64,000 nucleotides of DNA from Gammaproteobacteria bacterium (GTDB taxonomy: Bacteria > Pseudomonadota > Gammaproteobacteria > Porifericomitales > Porifericomitaceae): NCBI GenBank assembly GCA_014238615.1, contig JABAAT010000016.1, forward strand, positions 894 to 64,893, written 5' to 3'. A model generated the notes under the pieces. The model had not been told where the DNA came from. It worked only from the letters and a program-made list of their open reading frames with translations, and searched no databases. The translations under genes were made by a program, and so were the position numbers. This document shows, in pieces, positions 21,137 through 30,568 of this stretch; the first letter of the stretch is position 1; each line of letters opens with the position of its first letter.

Positions 21137-23323
21137 TCACCAATGCGGTCGGGCATCTGGCGCAGGTGGGTGGTTGCGTGGAGGGGTGGCGGACGGGGGC
21201 TGCTCCGTGACCTGGGCGGTGGTGTGCGGCTGCTGCCGCGTGATGAAATCGTTCAGGATGAGGGCCGATTCGTAGAGGAAAAAATCGACCTCGTGCGCCT
21301 CGGCCTCCGGCCCAGCCGCCTCACCGGATTGGACGGGCCGCGGCAGCGTCTTATATTTTGGTAAGTTCTCAATGTCCTGGATGAATTTTTTTCTCTGGTC
21401 GTATTCCTCGAGGCGGACGGCATTGTTCAGCGAAATGGATTTAATCTCGTTGAGTCGCCTGGCGTATGCGGAAGCTTCCTGGAAGAGCAGGAAGACCTCG
21501 TTTTGCTCAAGCCTTTGCAGATGCTTACGCCGGAGCTCGCTATAGAGGCTGGCGGCATGCGGCCGGGTCGTATCAGGGTAGCCAAGCGCATCGACTGAAT
21601 CCGAGGGCAGGGCGTTCTTCAAGGCGCGTTCGCCGAAGGAGTCCACCACCTCTGTTCGTGGAAAGAAGATATCCGGTTGGACGCCGTGGAATTGATTGCT
21701 TCGGCCGCTCACACGATAGAACTGGGCGACCGTCAGCTTCAGGTGTCCCAGGTCCTGATGTTCCCCCTTATGGTAATCGTTCAGGTTAAGAAGGTTCTGT
21801 ACGGTGCCCTTGCCGAAGGTTGTTTCGCCGACAACCATGCCGCGTTGATAATCCTGGATGGCTGCCGCGAAGATCTCCGAGGCCGAGGCGCTATGCCGGT
21901 TGACCAGAACGGACAGGGGGCCGGCGTAGGCCAGGGAGGGATTCGGATCCTTCTTGACAGCAACCTGTTTCAGCCTGTTCCGGGTTTGCAGCACGGGGCC
22001 TGAAGTGATGAACAGGCCGGTCAGGCTCGTGACCTCGTCCAGGGAGCCCCCGCCGTTGTTACGCAGGTCCACGACCAGGCCGTCGATCCCCTGCTCCTGC
22101 AGCCGCAGCAGTTCCCGGCGCGCATCCCGGGTGGTGCTGCGGTAGTCGGCGGCGTTCTCCGCGCGGCCTTTGAAGTCAACGTAGAAGGAGGGAATCTTGA
22201 GGATGCCTATGCGCGCACTCTCCGGCTGCAGTTCCAGTATGGAAGAGCTGACAGCGCTCTCTTCCAGCTTGATGGTATCCCGTACCAGGCGCACGATGCG
22301 GGTGGGCCCGCCGAGGCCGGCTTCCCTGGGCAGGAGTTTCAGGCGCACCATGCTGCCCCTGGGGCCGCGGATCAGTTTCACCACGTCTCGCAGGCGCAGT
22401 CCGACAATGTCCTGGACATTCCCCGTTTCTCCCTGTCCCACTCCCACGATCTGATCCGCCACCTGTACCTCACCGCTGAGCATCGCCGGCCCACCGGGCA
22501 GGAGACCGCGGATTTCAGTCATATCCAGGTCGTTGGTGGACAGCATGGCGCCGATGCCCTCCAGGGAAAGCCGCATGTGGATGTCAAAGTTTTCCGCCTG
22601 GTGTGGAGACAGGTAAAGGCTATGTGGATCAATGGCGCTGATGAAGGCGTTGACGAACGTATTAAATACGTCTTCGGGAGTGATCAGAGCGATTCTTCTA
22701 CGCAGTTGTCGGTAACGTTGCTCCAGGCTTTTTTTAGCTTCTTCCTGCTCTTTGCCTCCAAGATGTAAATTCAGCAGTTCATACTTGATGCGCTTGCGCC
22801 AGGTATGATTCAGCTCCTCCGTGTGCGCGCTCCAGGGCTGTTCGCCGCGGTCGGGGATGTAGTGTTCGTCCAGGCTGAAATCGTAGTTTTGTTCCAGTAA
22901 TTCCAGGGCATAGTCCACGCGTTCCAGGACCCGCATCCGGTAGAAGACGAAATGTTCGAAGGCCGGTTGCAGCCGGCCCGTCCTCAGCATGTCTTCCATA
23001 TCGTATTGGTAGTCGCTGAAGCGTTTCACGTCAGCCGCCGTGAAATAGACTCGATTGGGGTCCATCGAATCCAGGTAACGGTTAAAGGCGCGCCGGGAGA
23101 ATTCGTCGTCCAGGGACGGACCGCTGTAGTGATGGCGATCCAGAAGGTAAAAGATGGCCTGGCCTGCCTGTTGATGCCCTTGTTCCGGTTTCAGGGAAGG
23201 CGCGTTTAGTCCCGGGTTCGGTGGGTCCGAACTCCGGAGATCCACTCCCTGGGCCGGGCCGACCAGGAGTAGAGTGAGCAGCGCCGTGAGGTTCCTTGCT
23301 CGGTCAAACATGTAGGGATTCAC
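21137..23323 (-). CDS. prc: carboxy-terminal processing (tail-specific) protease, S41
   Basis: Signal peptide, DPHSLYLSP, LSLEGIGA, PDZ domain, DLRNNGGGSL, SASASEIFAAAIQDY, TFGKGTVQ. Confidence 0.93.
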   Translation of the reverse strand: MNPYMFDRARNLTALLTLLLVGPAQGVDLRSSDPPNPGLNAPSLKPEQGHQQAGQAIFYLLDRHHYSGPSLDDEFSRRAFNRYLDSMDPNRVYFTAADVKRFSDYQYDMEDMLRTGRLQPAFEHFVFYRMRVLERVDYALELLEQNYDFSLDEHYIPDRGEQPWSAHTEELNHTWRKRIKYELLNLHLGGKEQEEAKKSLEQRYRQLRRRIALITPEDVFNTFVNAFISAIDPHSLYLSPHQAENFDIHMRLSLEGIGAMLSTNDLDMTEIRGLLPGGPAMLSGEVQVADQIVGVGQGETGNVQDIVGLRLRDVVKLIRGPRGSMVRLKLLPREAGLGGPTRIVRLVRDTIKLEESAVSSSILELQPESARIGILKIPSFYVDFKGRAENAADYRSTTRDARRELLRLQEQGIDGLVVDLRNNGGGSLDEVTSLTGLFITSGPVLQTRNRLKQVAVKKDPNPSLAYAGPLSVLVNRHSASASEIFAAAIQDYQRGMVVGETTFGKGTVQNLLNLNDYHKGEHQDLGHLKLTVAQFYRVSGRSNQFHGVQPDIFFPRTEVVDSFGERALKNALPSDSVDALGYPDTTRPHAASLYSELRRKHLQRLEQNEVFLLFQEASAYARRLNEIKSISLNNAVRLEEYDQRKKFIQDIENLPKYKTLPRPVQSGEAAGPEAEAHEVDFFLYESALILNDFITRQQPHTTAQVTEQPPSATPPRNHPPAPDARPHW

Positions 23324-23540
23324 TTGGAGGGATGGTGTGCGGCCGGGGTGGGCGGGGCCCGTGGATTGGGAGTTTTTCGACCTTACCTAAGCCCACCCCG
23401 GATTCTAGAAGAATTGTAAAAGCATTCCAAGAGGTACGTGCTGATTCCTAACGGGCATGCCGGCGACTCCTTGCGCTTCTGAAGTTCCACGGTTTAAGAT
23501 GAGGTTCAGCCATCCAGCTGCTTTCTGGGTGCAGAAGATC

Positions 23541-24602
23541 ATGACAACAGGACACCATCGGTCCGGATTCCGGCGAACCAGGGTCTCGGTCAGCGAGGCG
23601 CCGTGGCGCTTCTGGGGCTTTTGCCTGCTGTTGTTTTTGGCGTCGGGCGCGTCCGCGGATCTGGATCCGTACACGGGGCCGCCGGGGCGCCTGTTGCAGG
23701 TAGGAGATTCCCGCCTGCACTTATACTGCACGGGGAGCGGCGTGCCTACCGTGCTGTTTGAGGCCGGCCTGGGGGGCTTTTCCCTGGAGTGGTGGCGGGT
23801 GCAGCACGCGCTTGCCGGTTCGGTACGCGCTTGTGTTTATGACCGCGCCGGCTATGGCTGGAGCGATCAGAGACCCAGGCCGCGCACCAGTTCCCGACTC
23901 GCCGGGGAACTTGGAGAACTCCTGAAGAAGGCGACCCTGGAACCTCCTTATGTGCTGGTGGGGCATTCATTCGGCGGTTACGTGGTGCGCTGTTTCGCAG
24001 GGCGCTATCCGCAGCGCGTGGCCGGCCTGGTGCTGGTGGAATCTTCGCATCCGCAGCAGGCGGCGCGCATCCCGGAAGTGCGCGTGCGACAACAGGTACC
24101 ATTGTCGCGGCGGCGCAGCTGGGTGGTGGGGTTCTTTCAAGATCGCGGAACCCTGCGGAAATACCCCAGGGAGGTGCGTTACGCGGCGGAAGTCATCCTG
24201 AGGTCCCAAATCACCGCGCGCGCCCAGAGCCGGGAACTCCTGGATATCAGGACCAGCGCCGCCGAGTCAGGGTGGGCGCGGTTGCCCCACGTGCCGCTCC
24301 TCGTAGTGACGCGCGGCCGGAGGTCCTGGCCCGACACGCCGCTTGGCCGGGCGCAGGAGCAAAGCTGGCTTGAAATGCAGCGGGAATTGGTGGAGCTGGT
24401 GCCGGGCGGTGAGCAACGCATCGCCGCGCACAGCGGGCACCAGGTGCATCTTGATCAACCCGAGGTGGTGGTGGAGGCTGTGCGGCGCGTTATCGAGCGT
24501 TACCATCGGGAACCCGCGCCGCCGTCGGGGCGCCGCGCCGTCGGCCCGCAAGCCACGGGGGATGGGCGGAGCGGGTGCGGGGTTTCCCTGGCCCGGTCGT
24601 AG
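23541..24602 (+). CDS. exported alpha/beta-fold hydrolase (start uncertain)
   Basis: Hydrophobic signal ending ASA, LHLYCTGSG.PTVLFEAGLG, YDRAGYGWS, GHSFGG nucleophile elbow, SGHQVHLDQP. Confidence 0.88.
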   Translation: MTTGHHRSGFRRTRVSVSEAPWRFWGFCLLLFLASGASADLDPYTGPPGRLLQVGDSRLHLYCTGSGVPTVLFEAGLGGFSLEWWRVQHALAGSVRACVYDRAGYGWSDQRPRPRTSSRLAGELGELLKKATLEPPYVLVGHSFGGYVVRCFAGRYPQRVAGLVLVESSHPQQAARIPEVRVRQQVPLSRRRSWVVGFFQDRGTLRKYPREVRYAAEVILRSQITARAQSRELLDIRTSAAESGWARLPHVPLLVVTRGRRSWPDTPLGRAQEQSWLEMQRELVELVPGGEQRIAAHSGHQVHLDQPEVVVEAVRRVIERYHREPAPPSGRRAVGPQATGDGRSGCGVSLARS

Positions 24603-24681
24603 CCGGGGTGAATACGACGGCACGGCCGGAGTGGTTGCCGAGGGCATTCCCGGCGATGATGTAAGTATAAGGAGTACCGGT

Positions 24682-25323
24682 ATGAAAAAACTCGTGAAGA
24701 TACAAAACGCCTCACGGGTGCACAGCGCTCCCATGGGCGCGCTGTGCGCTCGTGGTGCGCTGTTGTTGCTTGGCTGTCTGCTCAACCCCGCCGCATGGGC
24801 GCATCGAGACCCGGGCCACCAATCCGGGAAGTACTGCAGGCACGGCGGCGAGCTGTCTTCCCACCGCATGCATGGAAAGAAGGACATGCATGGAAAGAAG
24901 CGGAAACACGGCGGATTCCAGCGCATGGATCGCAACGCTGACGGACGTATTGATGAGGGGGAAATGCTGCACATGGCCCAGCGGCATTTTGCCCGCATGG
25001 ACCGCAACGGCGACGGACGCCTGGCCGGGGATGAATTCCGGACCCGGAGCCGTTTCGTGCGCCTGGAGCTCAAACGGCTTCGAGACACCGTGGATCGGGA
25101 TGCCGACGGAACCTTGAGCCGTGCGGAAATGATAGAGGGTATGCGTGAACGCCGACGGGAGATGGACAGCGATGGAGATGGTTTCCTGACACGCTCGGAG
25201 ATGCACGGCTACAGGAAATTACAGCACTTCCAGGCCCTTGATCGGGACGGCGATGATCGGCTGTCCAGGGAGGAATTCCTGGGGGGCCGGGGTCCCGGGG
25301 GAGAGACCCGCCCCGGTCAATGA
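24682..25323 (+). CDS. secreted EF-hand protein (5 loops, His/Lys-rich N-terminus)
   Basis: AAGGAG RBS then ATG at 24682; signal peptide ending AWA; loops DRNADGRIDEGE, DRNGDGRLAGDE, DRDADGTLSRAE, DSDGDGFLTRSE, DRDGDDRLSREE. Confidence 0.88.
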   Translation: MKKLVKIQNASRVHSAPMGALCARGALLLLGCLLNPAAWAHRDPGHQSGKYCRHGGELSSHRMHGKKDMHGKKRKHGGFQRMDRNADGRIDEGEMLHMAQRHFARMDRNGDGRLAGDEFRTRSRFVRLELKRLRDTVDRDADGTLSRAEMIEGMRERRREMDSDGDGFLTRSEMHGYRKLQHFQALDRDGDDRLSREEFLGGRGPGGETRPGQ

Positions 25324-25437
25324 ATAGGGAATGAATGGGGAATATATGAGGTATAAATGGGAATAAACGGGGTGTAAATAGGAATAAATGAGGATAAATG
25401 AGAATGAATAAGGAATGAATAAGGAATAGATGAAGGG
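25321..25437. repeat. degenerate 10-11 bp purine-rich tandem array (consensus about GGAATAAATG)
   Basis: About 11 units with a single C in about 117 nt, within otherwise GC-rich DNA. Confidence 0.85.
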
Positions 25438-25557
25438 CTGGGCCAGGGACTCACGGCTTTCGGGTCCGTGCCTTCAGGGGACTCTATAAAGAGGGGTCTG
25501 AAAGCTCCTGGTATCACCCGGAGCCTGCCCCGGGGTCGAACGTCGGCCACAGGCCGG

Positions 25558-26403
25558 TTATCCGTCGGTGCGGTCTCCAGAAGGGAGCGGCACGAGCAGC
25601 TCAGCTTTACCGAGCCCCACCAGGTCGCCCATGTAGCGGTGCACGCGGGGTGGTTCAGGAATCAGTGCCGCGCCCAGGCCGCGTTGCAACCTGTTCAGGT
25701 GCCGCCGCAACAGCCGCAGGTAGCCGATTTCCAGGGAGGCGCAGAACGCGAAGCCGGGTGGTGTTCCCCGGGGCGCGCGCGCCAGGAATAAGGTGCCGCG
25801 CCGCATGCGGCGCCCCGGCATCCGGCCGCTTTTGCCCAGAACGGCGAGTGTGCCGGCGTGCATCCCGAGCGCACAACAGTCGCCGCAGTCGCCCTGGATG
25901 ACAACCAGGCCGCGTCGCATGTATTCTCCGGCGCGTGCACCGCAGGAGCCGCGCAGCAGGATCAAGCCGCCCTGCATGCCGGTCTGCCGCCCCGGCGCGG
26001 CACCGCCCAGGGAGTCGCCGCAGTCACCCTGGATGCGTAACAGGCCGCCCTGCATTTCAAGCCCCGCGCCGTGCCCCGCGGAGCCGCGCAGCAGTAACTC
26101 ACCGCCACTCATACCGCGCCCGCAGTAGTCGCCCACATCGCCGTGTACCAGGAAGCGGCCGCTTTTCAGGCCCGCACCGACTCGCTGCAGAAAGGGCTTG
26201 GCTTTGCGGAGTTCCAGGTCTACATCGTGTTTCGTGGCACCGACCTGGAATAACTTGCCCAGGGCCACGCGGCGGCGGCCCTGCCACAGCTGCACCCGCC
26301 GCAATGCTTCCAGGCTGGGGGCCCTTGTGACGGCCGTGCTCAGGGGTTCCAGGTCCAGCGGCAGGATCGACTCCGTCTCCAGGCGCAGCAGCACGCGTTT
26401 CAT
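25558..26403 (-). CDS. fhcC: formyltransferase/hydrolase complex subunit C (FwdC-like beta-helix)
   Basis: Repeated GxxMxGGxLxIxG units, GMQGGLI, GEYMRRG; ATG at 26403 overlaps the fhcD stop. Confidence 0.92.
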   Translation of the reverse strand: MKRVLLRLETESILPLDLEPLSTAVTRAPSLEALRRVQLWQGRRRVALGKLFQVGATKHDVDLELRKAKPFLQRVGAGLKSGRFLVHGDVGDYCGRGMSGGELLLRGSAGHGAGLEMQGGLLRIQGDCGDSLGGAAPGRQTGMQGGLILLRGSCGARAGEYMRRGLVVIQGDCGDCCALGMHAGTLAVLGKSGRMPGRRMRRGTLFLARAPRGTPPGFAFCASLEIGYLRLLRRHLNRLQRGLGAALIPEPPRVHRYMGDLVGLGKAELLVPLPSGDRTDG

Positions 26404-27305
26404 TTCGCCAGGCCTCGGCAGATTTCCCGCAGACGCAGGTGGACAGGGCCCAGCTTGCCTCCGTAGTTGCCGGCGCTGATCGCAAGCAGGTTGCCGCCGC
26501 CGCGGCAGGCGGCCTGGATGCCCTTGCGCATGGCCGTGGCCACTGCCTCCCGGTGCACGCCGTCTATCACGATCTCGAGGACGCAGGCGGCCCCCCTGGG
26601 CAGGGCACTGTCGGTGGCGCCTCTCAGGGTAGGACAATAGCGGTGATTGGTGGAGGCCGGCAGGGAGGAGTACTTGGAACCAACCTTGGAGCCGGAGCGC
26701 ACCACGCCGCCCGGGAAGGGTGTGATGACACCCGGCAGTTTCCCGATGGCCTCCACCGCCCGCTCGCAGGCCTTCAACACGCCCGCCGTATCGCGCCCTA
26801 TGATCAGAAAATTCCCCCCGCCCACCGCGTCCTTACGGTAGTGCGCGTATTCCTCGCAGAGAAATTCTCCGTCCATGACCGGGATGCGCCAGTAGCGCTT
26901 CCCGTGCAGTTGCTTGGAGACCTGGAAGCCGTCCCCGAAATAACGCAGGGAACCACCCATGGGCAGGGTCTCTCCCTCCTCAAATCCCGAGAAACAGGCG
27001 CTCGAGGGGCAGGTGAGCACGCATTGCCCGACCCGGAGCTGCAGCTGCTTCGCCAGTTGTTTACCGGACATGGCGAAGAGCAACAACGCAAACCCGGGAC
27101 GTCCGTCCGGACTTTCCCGGGCCTTGAGCTCGCGCTCGATGCCCGCCTCGCAGCCACAGGCGATGACCGAGGTTGCGCAGCCGGTGGTGGCGCGTGCCGC
27201 ATGCAGGGCCCAGGTGCGATCATGCCCGGTCACGATGAGGCGGGTGACCCGCATGGGAAAGGCTTCCGCGAAGGTCGCCTCGATAGGTATGCCGTTGACC
27301 TGCAT
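26400..27305 (-). CDS. fhcD: formylmethanofuran:H4MPT formyltransferase (Ftr/FhcD)
   Basis: IEATFAEAF, ATSVIACGCEAGIE, RVGQCVLTCP, YFGDGFQ, PFPGGVVRSGSKVGSKY, SAGNYGGKLG. Confidence 0.96.
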   Translation of the reverse strand: MQVNGIPIEATFAEAFPMRVTRLIVTGHDRTWALHAARATTGCATSVIACGCEAGIERELKARESPDGRPGFALLLFAMSGKQLAKQLQLRVGQCVLTCPSSACFSGFEEGETLPMGGSLRYFGDGFQVSKQLHGKRYWRIPVMDGEFLCEEYAHYRKDAVGGGNFLIIGRDTAGVLKACERAVEAIGKLPGVITPFPGGVVRSGSKVGSKYSSLPASTNHRYCPTLRGATDSALPRGAACVLEIVIDGVHREAVATAMRKGIQAACRGGGNLLAISAGNYGGKLGPVHLRLREICRGLAK

Positions 27306-27319
27306 CTGCCGTGCGCCGT

Positions 27320-28966
27320 TCAGGACGCGCCGCCGTTTTCGATCTCTTCCGCCGCCAATTCAAAGTGCTCCAGGCGCATGCTCATGTGGCGTTCAAAATA
27401 AGGGCGCAGGGCACGGCGTATGGAGGGGTCGAAAGGCGGGTGCGCGCGGTGGGTGCGGCCTTGACTCAGGGCCGTCAACCTGCCGTTACGCGCTACCAGG
27501 CGACCGTCCTTGAAAACATAAGCGGGCCGCGCGAACATGCGTTCCTGGTTGCGTTGTGGTTTATAGACCGTAATATCGGCCGTTGCACCGGGACCCAGGT
27601 GCCCGTAATCTCGCAGTCCCAGGCTGCGCGCCGGTCCGGCCCGGGTGATGATCGCGATTTCGTACAGGCTGTACTCGCGCCGCAGGCCGGGCAGGGCGCT
27701 CATGCGCGCCGCTTCCGGGTGGATGGTGCGCAGCATGTCGTCACGGAAACTGCTGTCCATAAGCAGCCTGATCAAGTGCGGGTAACTTTCGAAGGGTGCG
27801 CCGTTCGGGTGATCGGTGCTTAGGAAAACGCGCCAGGGGTCCTTGAGCAGGAGGAACAACTCCAGGCCGATGACCCATTGCAGGGCGTTCACGAAGCTGT
27901 GATGCCGGTAGCGGAAGGGCACCACGCCGCAGCCGGCGTCGCACTCGATGTCCATGCAGACCCACTTGCGCGGATGGGCGGCGTGGTGTCCGGCATCGTA
28001 CTGGTGCATGCTGTCGCCCGAGGTGCTGACGGTCTGGCCGAACTGTATGTGTCCGATATCGACGGAGACATTCTCCTGGGAGTTGACGAGTTCCGCCAAC
28101 CGTGTCGCCCCGGAGGAGAAGCCGCGCCTGCCTTCCTTGCCGTAGCAGTGGAATTGCACGTGGGTCATGTGTGCGGGCAATCCTTCCAGGGCTTGAACGG
28201 TGCGCAGGGTGGTGTCAATACCGCCGGGGATCCCCAGGTTGCAACCGTGTATGTGCAGGGGATGGGCCAGGCCGCGCGCGTGCGCGGCGCTGGCCAGGGC
28301 CAGCAGCACTTGACGCGGGGTGACGCCGTAAGCGCGATTCGGCTCATCCAGGTCCAGGCTGCGTTGGTTGAATTTAAAGGCATTGATGCCGCCCGGGTTG
28401 ACGACCTTCACCGCCAGCGCGCCGGTCGCCTGCACCATCCAGGCGAGGTAGTCCTCCAAGTGTTGCGGATCCCGGCGCGCGGCCAATTGCCGCAACAGGT
28501 AGTCATCGTTGCCGAGCAGCACGTAACAGCCTTTATCAATCAACGGGGTGTCGGCGAACTCCATGTGCACCTGGCGTGCGTTGAAAGGCAGCACGGCCGG
28601 TTCAAAGCAGGCGGTGTAGCCGAGTTCCGTGTAGCGATAGCCGGTGAGTGCGGCGCTCGGCGTGACCAGGCCGGAGCCGGGACGCCTGAGGGAATCGCCG
28701 GGCACCGGGTGCAGCGCCTGCTGTTCGGACATCAGCACCCGTGCCAGGTTGAGTTTCCCGCCGGCGATATGAGTGTGTATATCAATGCCGCCGGGCATCA
28801 CGATATGGCCGCTTAAGTCAATCACCTTGTCCGGCGCGGTGTGCCGTTTCGGCGCCTTCTGAATGCGTCCGTGCGCCAGCAGCAGGTCCCCCGCCACGCC
28901 GTCCACACCGTTTTGCGGATCGTAGATTTTACCGCCTCGGAGCAGGGTGTAAGAAGAAGAACTCAC
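27320..28966 (-). CDS. fhcA: formyltransferase/hydrolase complex subunit A (amidohydrolase, FwdA-like)
   Basis: IDIHTHIAGGK, KVVNPGG, HIHGCNLG, ECDAGCGVVP, STDHPNGAPF. Confidence 0.96.
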   Translation of the reverse strand: MSSSSYTLLRGGKIYDPQNGVDGVAGDLLLAHGRIQKAPKRHTAPDKVIDLSGHIVMPGGIDIHTHIAGGKLNLARVLMSEQQALHPVPGDSLRRPGSGLVTPSAALTGYRYTELGYTACFEPAVLPFNARQVHMEFADTPLIDKGCYVLLGNDDYLLRQLAARRDPQHLEDYLAWMVQATGALAVKVVNPGGINAFKFNQRSLDLDEPNRAYGVTPRQVLLALASAAHARGLAHPLHIHGCNLGIPGGIDTTLRTVQALEGLPAHMTHVQFHCYGKEGRRGFSSGATRLAELVNSQENVSVDIGHIQFGQTVSTSGDSMHQYDAGHHAAHPRKWVCMDIECDAGCGVVPFRYRHHSFVNALQWVIGLELFLLLKDPWRVFLSTDHPNGAPFESYPHLIRLLMDSSFRDDMLRTIHPEAARMSALPGLRREYSLYEIAIITRAGPARSLGLRDYGHLGPGATADITVYKPQRNQERMFARPAYVFKDGRLVARNGRLTALSQGRTHRAHPPFDPSIRRALRPYFERHMSMRLEHFELAAEEIENGGAS

Positions 28967-30288
28967 GTACGGCTCCCGGTGCGGCGGGAGGGAGGCGCCG
29001 CGCTGCGGATGGCATCCAGAACGTGCGCCGCGGCGGGCGGCCCGTTGTCGTGTAAAGCACCCAGGCGCAGGGAGATCACGTTATCGCAGCGGAACATGCT
29101 CCCGGCGTGATCCAGGCCGGGGGTGCCGATCGGCAGGTAAACATCCTGATCGCCCAAACCGCCTGGAGCCGGGGGAGGGCACAGCATGACCAAGGGCGCC
29201 CGCCGCGGGCGCGGCGGCTCCCGCTTGAAGGCGTCCACCCAAAGTATGGCCTCCGTTGCGTCGCTTTCCAGCAGGCGCCGCGCGGTGTGGGTCTGCGGGT
29301 CGTATTCGGGGTATCCCCGCTGATAACTGACCCGCAGGGGATAACCGCTTTGCCAGGTACAGACATGGACGGCCGTGGCGGCGCCGTCGCTGCCGCCCAG
29401 GGGCAACCCGGCGGCCCGCGTCCGAAGATTCAACTCCTGGACCAGGTCGTGCAGCGCGGTGATGATGGAGGAAGCCAGGTGGGCCGGGAACTGCTGCGCA
29501 TTCCAGGCTGCCACGCAGTAGTTTGCCTGGCCCAGGGCGTTCAGCAAGCCTTGCAGCTCTCGGGTCGTCGGGCGCGCCGCGGAGCTTTGCGCCGGGAGTT
29601 TCCCCGTGCGCAACCCGCGGGTCAGGGCGTCCAGGGCTGCCGGTAAGCGTTCATGGGTACAGGGCAGGCGCAGCGTCGGTCTTGCTTCCGCGTTTCGTCT
29701 TGCATCCCGTCCCCGGGGGACCTGCCCGAGGTAGCAGAGCCGCCGCCGCAGGGGCACCGCCTGCTGACCGCCGAACCTGGGTTGTGGCGGTGGCGCATGC
29801 CAGCTGATACGATCCAGAAAACGTGGGAAGGCATCGGTGGCCGTGGTGCCCGTCAGCAACAACAGGTCGGCGCGGTTTTTTACCTCGGCCAGCGTGGTGT
29901 TGTAACCGCCCTGGCGTTGCAGTACGCGGAGGTTGGCGTGCAGTGCGTCTCCCGCGGCATGATCCAGCACGGCGCCGTTTTGCTCCGCCAGGCGCACGGC
30001 CGCACGCATCCCCGCTACATCCAGTCCGAGGCCGCCGAGCAGCACCTGCCGTGCGCCGCGCAGCAGCTCGGCCGCGGCTGTCACAGCCTGCTCCTGGGGC
30101 ACGGGGCGTTGCCCGACGCGGGCCGACGCGTCGCCCGGCGTACGCTCAAAGCCGGCGGCCGCCCTGGGACAGGCCGGGCGTTCCAGGTGGAAGCCGCCCG
30201 TTTCTCCGGGCGATAGTTCCAGATCGTCGCAGAGCAGAGAGCAAAAAGGGCATACCACGTGCCGGAGTGCGCTCCGGGGCGTGCTCAT
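28963..30288 (-). CDS. fhcB: formyltransferase/hydrolase complex subunit B (FwdB-like)
   Basis: VCPFCSLLCDDL, TTLAEVKNRADL, WQSGYPLR, PIGTPGLDHAG..FRCD; first gene of fhcBADC. Confidence 0.93.
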   Translation of the reverse strand: MSTPRSALRHVVCPFCSLLCDDLELSPGETGGFHLERPACPRAAAGFERTPGDASARVGQRPVPQEQAVTAAAELLRGARQVLLGGLGLDVAGMRAAVRLAEQNGAVLDHAAGDALHANLRVLQRQGGYNTTLAEVKNRADLLLLTGTTATDAFPRFLDRISWHAPPPQPRFGGQQAVPLRRRLCYLGQVPRGRDARRNAEARPTLRLPCTHERLPAALDALTRGLRTGKLPAQSSAARPTTRELQGLLNALGQANYCVAAWNAQQFPAHLASSIITALHDLVQELNLRTRAAGLPLGGSDGAATAVHVCTWQSGYPLRVSYQRGYPEYDPQTHTARRLLESDATEAILWVDAFKREPPRPRRAPLVMLCPPPAPGGLGDQDVYLPIGTPGLDHAGSMFRCDNVISLRLGALHDNGPPAAAHVLDAIRSAAPPSRRTGSRT

Positions 30289-30568
30289 TCGGGATCACCC
30301 GCGCACGTGGGAATCGGCAATGGTGTTGTCAAGGGCGGGGGTCCGGAAGGGTGGAACGGTTTGGCAGGGTGTCATTCGATAGAGAGTCAATTAAGTCATA
30401 GCCATAACGTAATTAGTATAATATAGGATTCCGAAGGCGCATAATGCCTTGGAGCCGGTTCCCCAGGTGAATGGGCATGCAGCCCCGGGTGAATCCTTGG
30501 TTAAGAGCTGCCTGTCGCGGGTGGCGGCGACTTGGTGTGGGTTGGCTAACAACAGGGGAACCTTTGTA

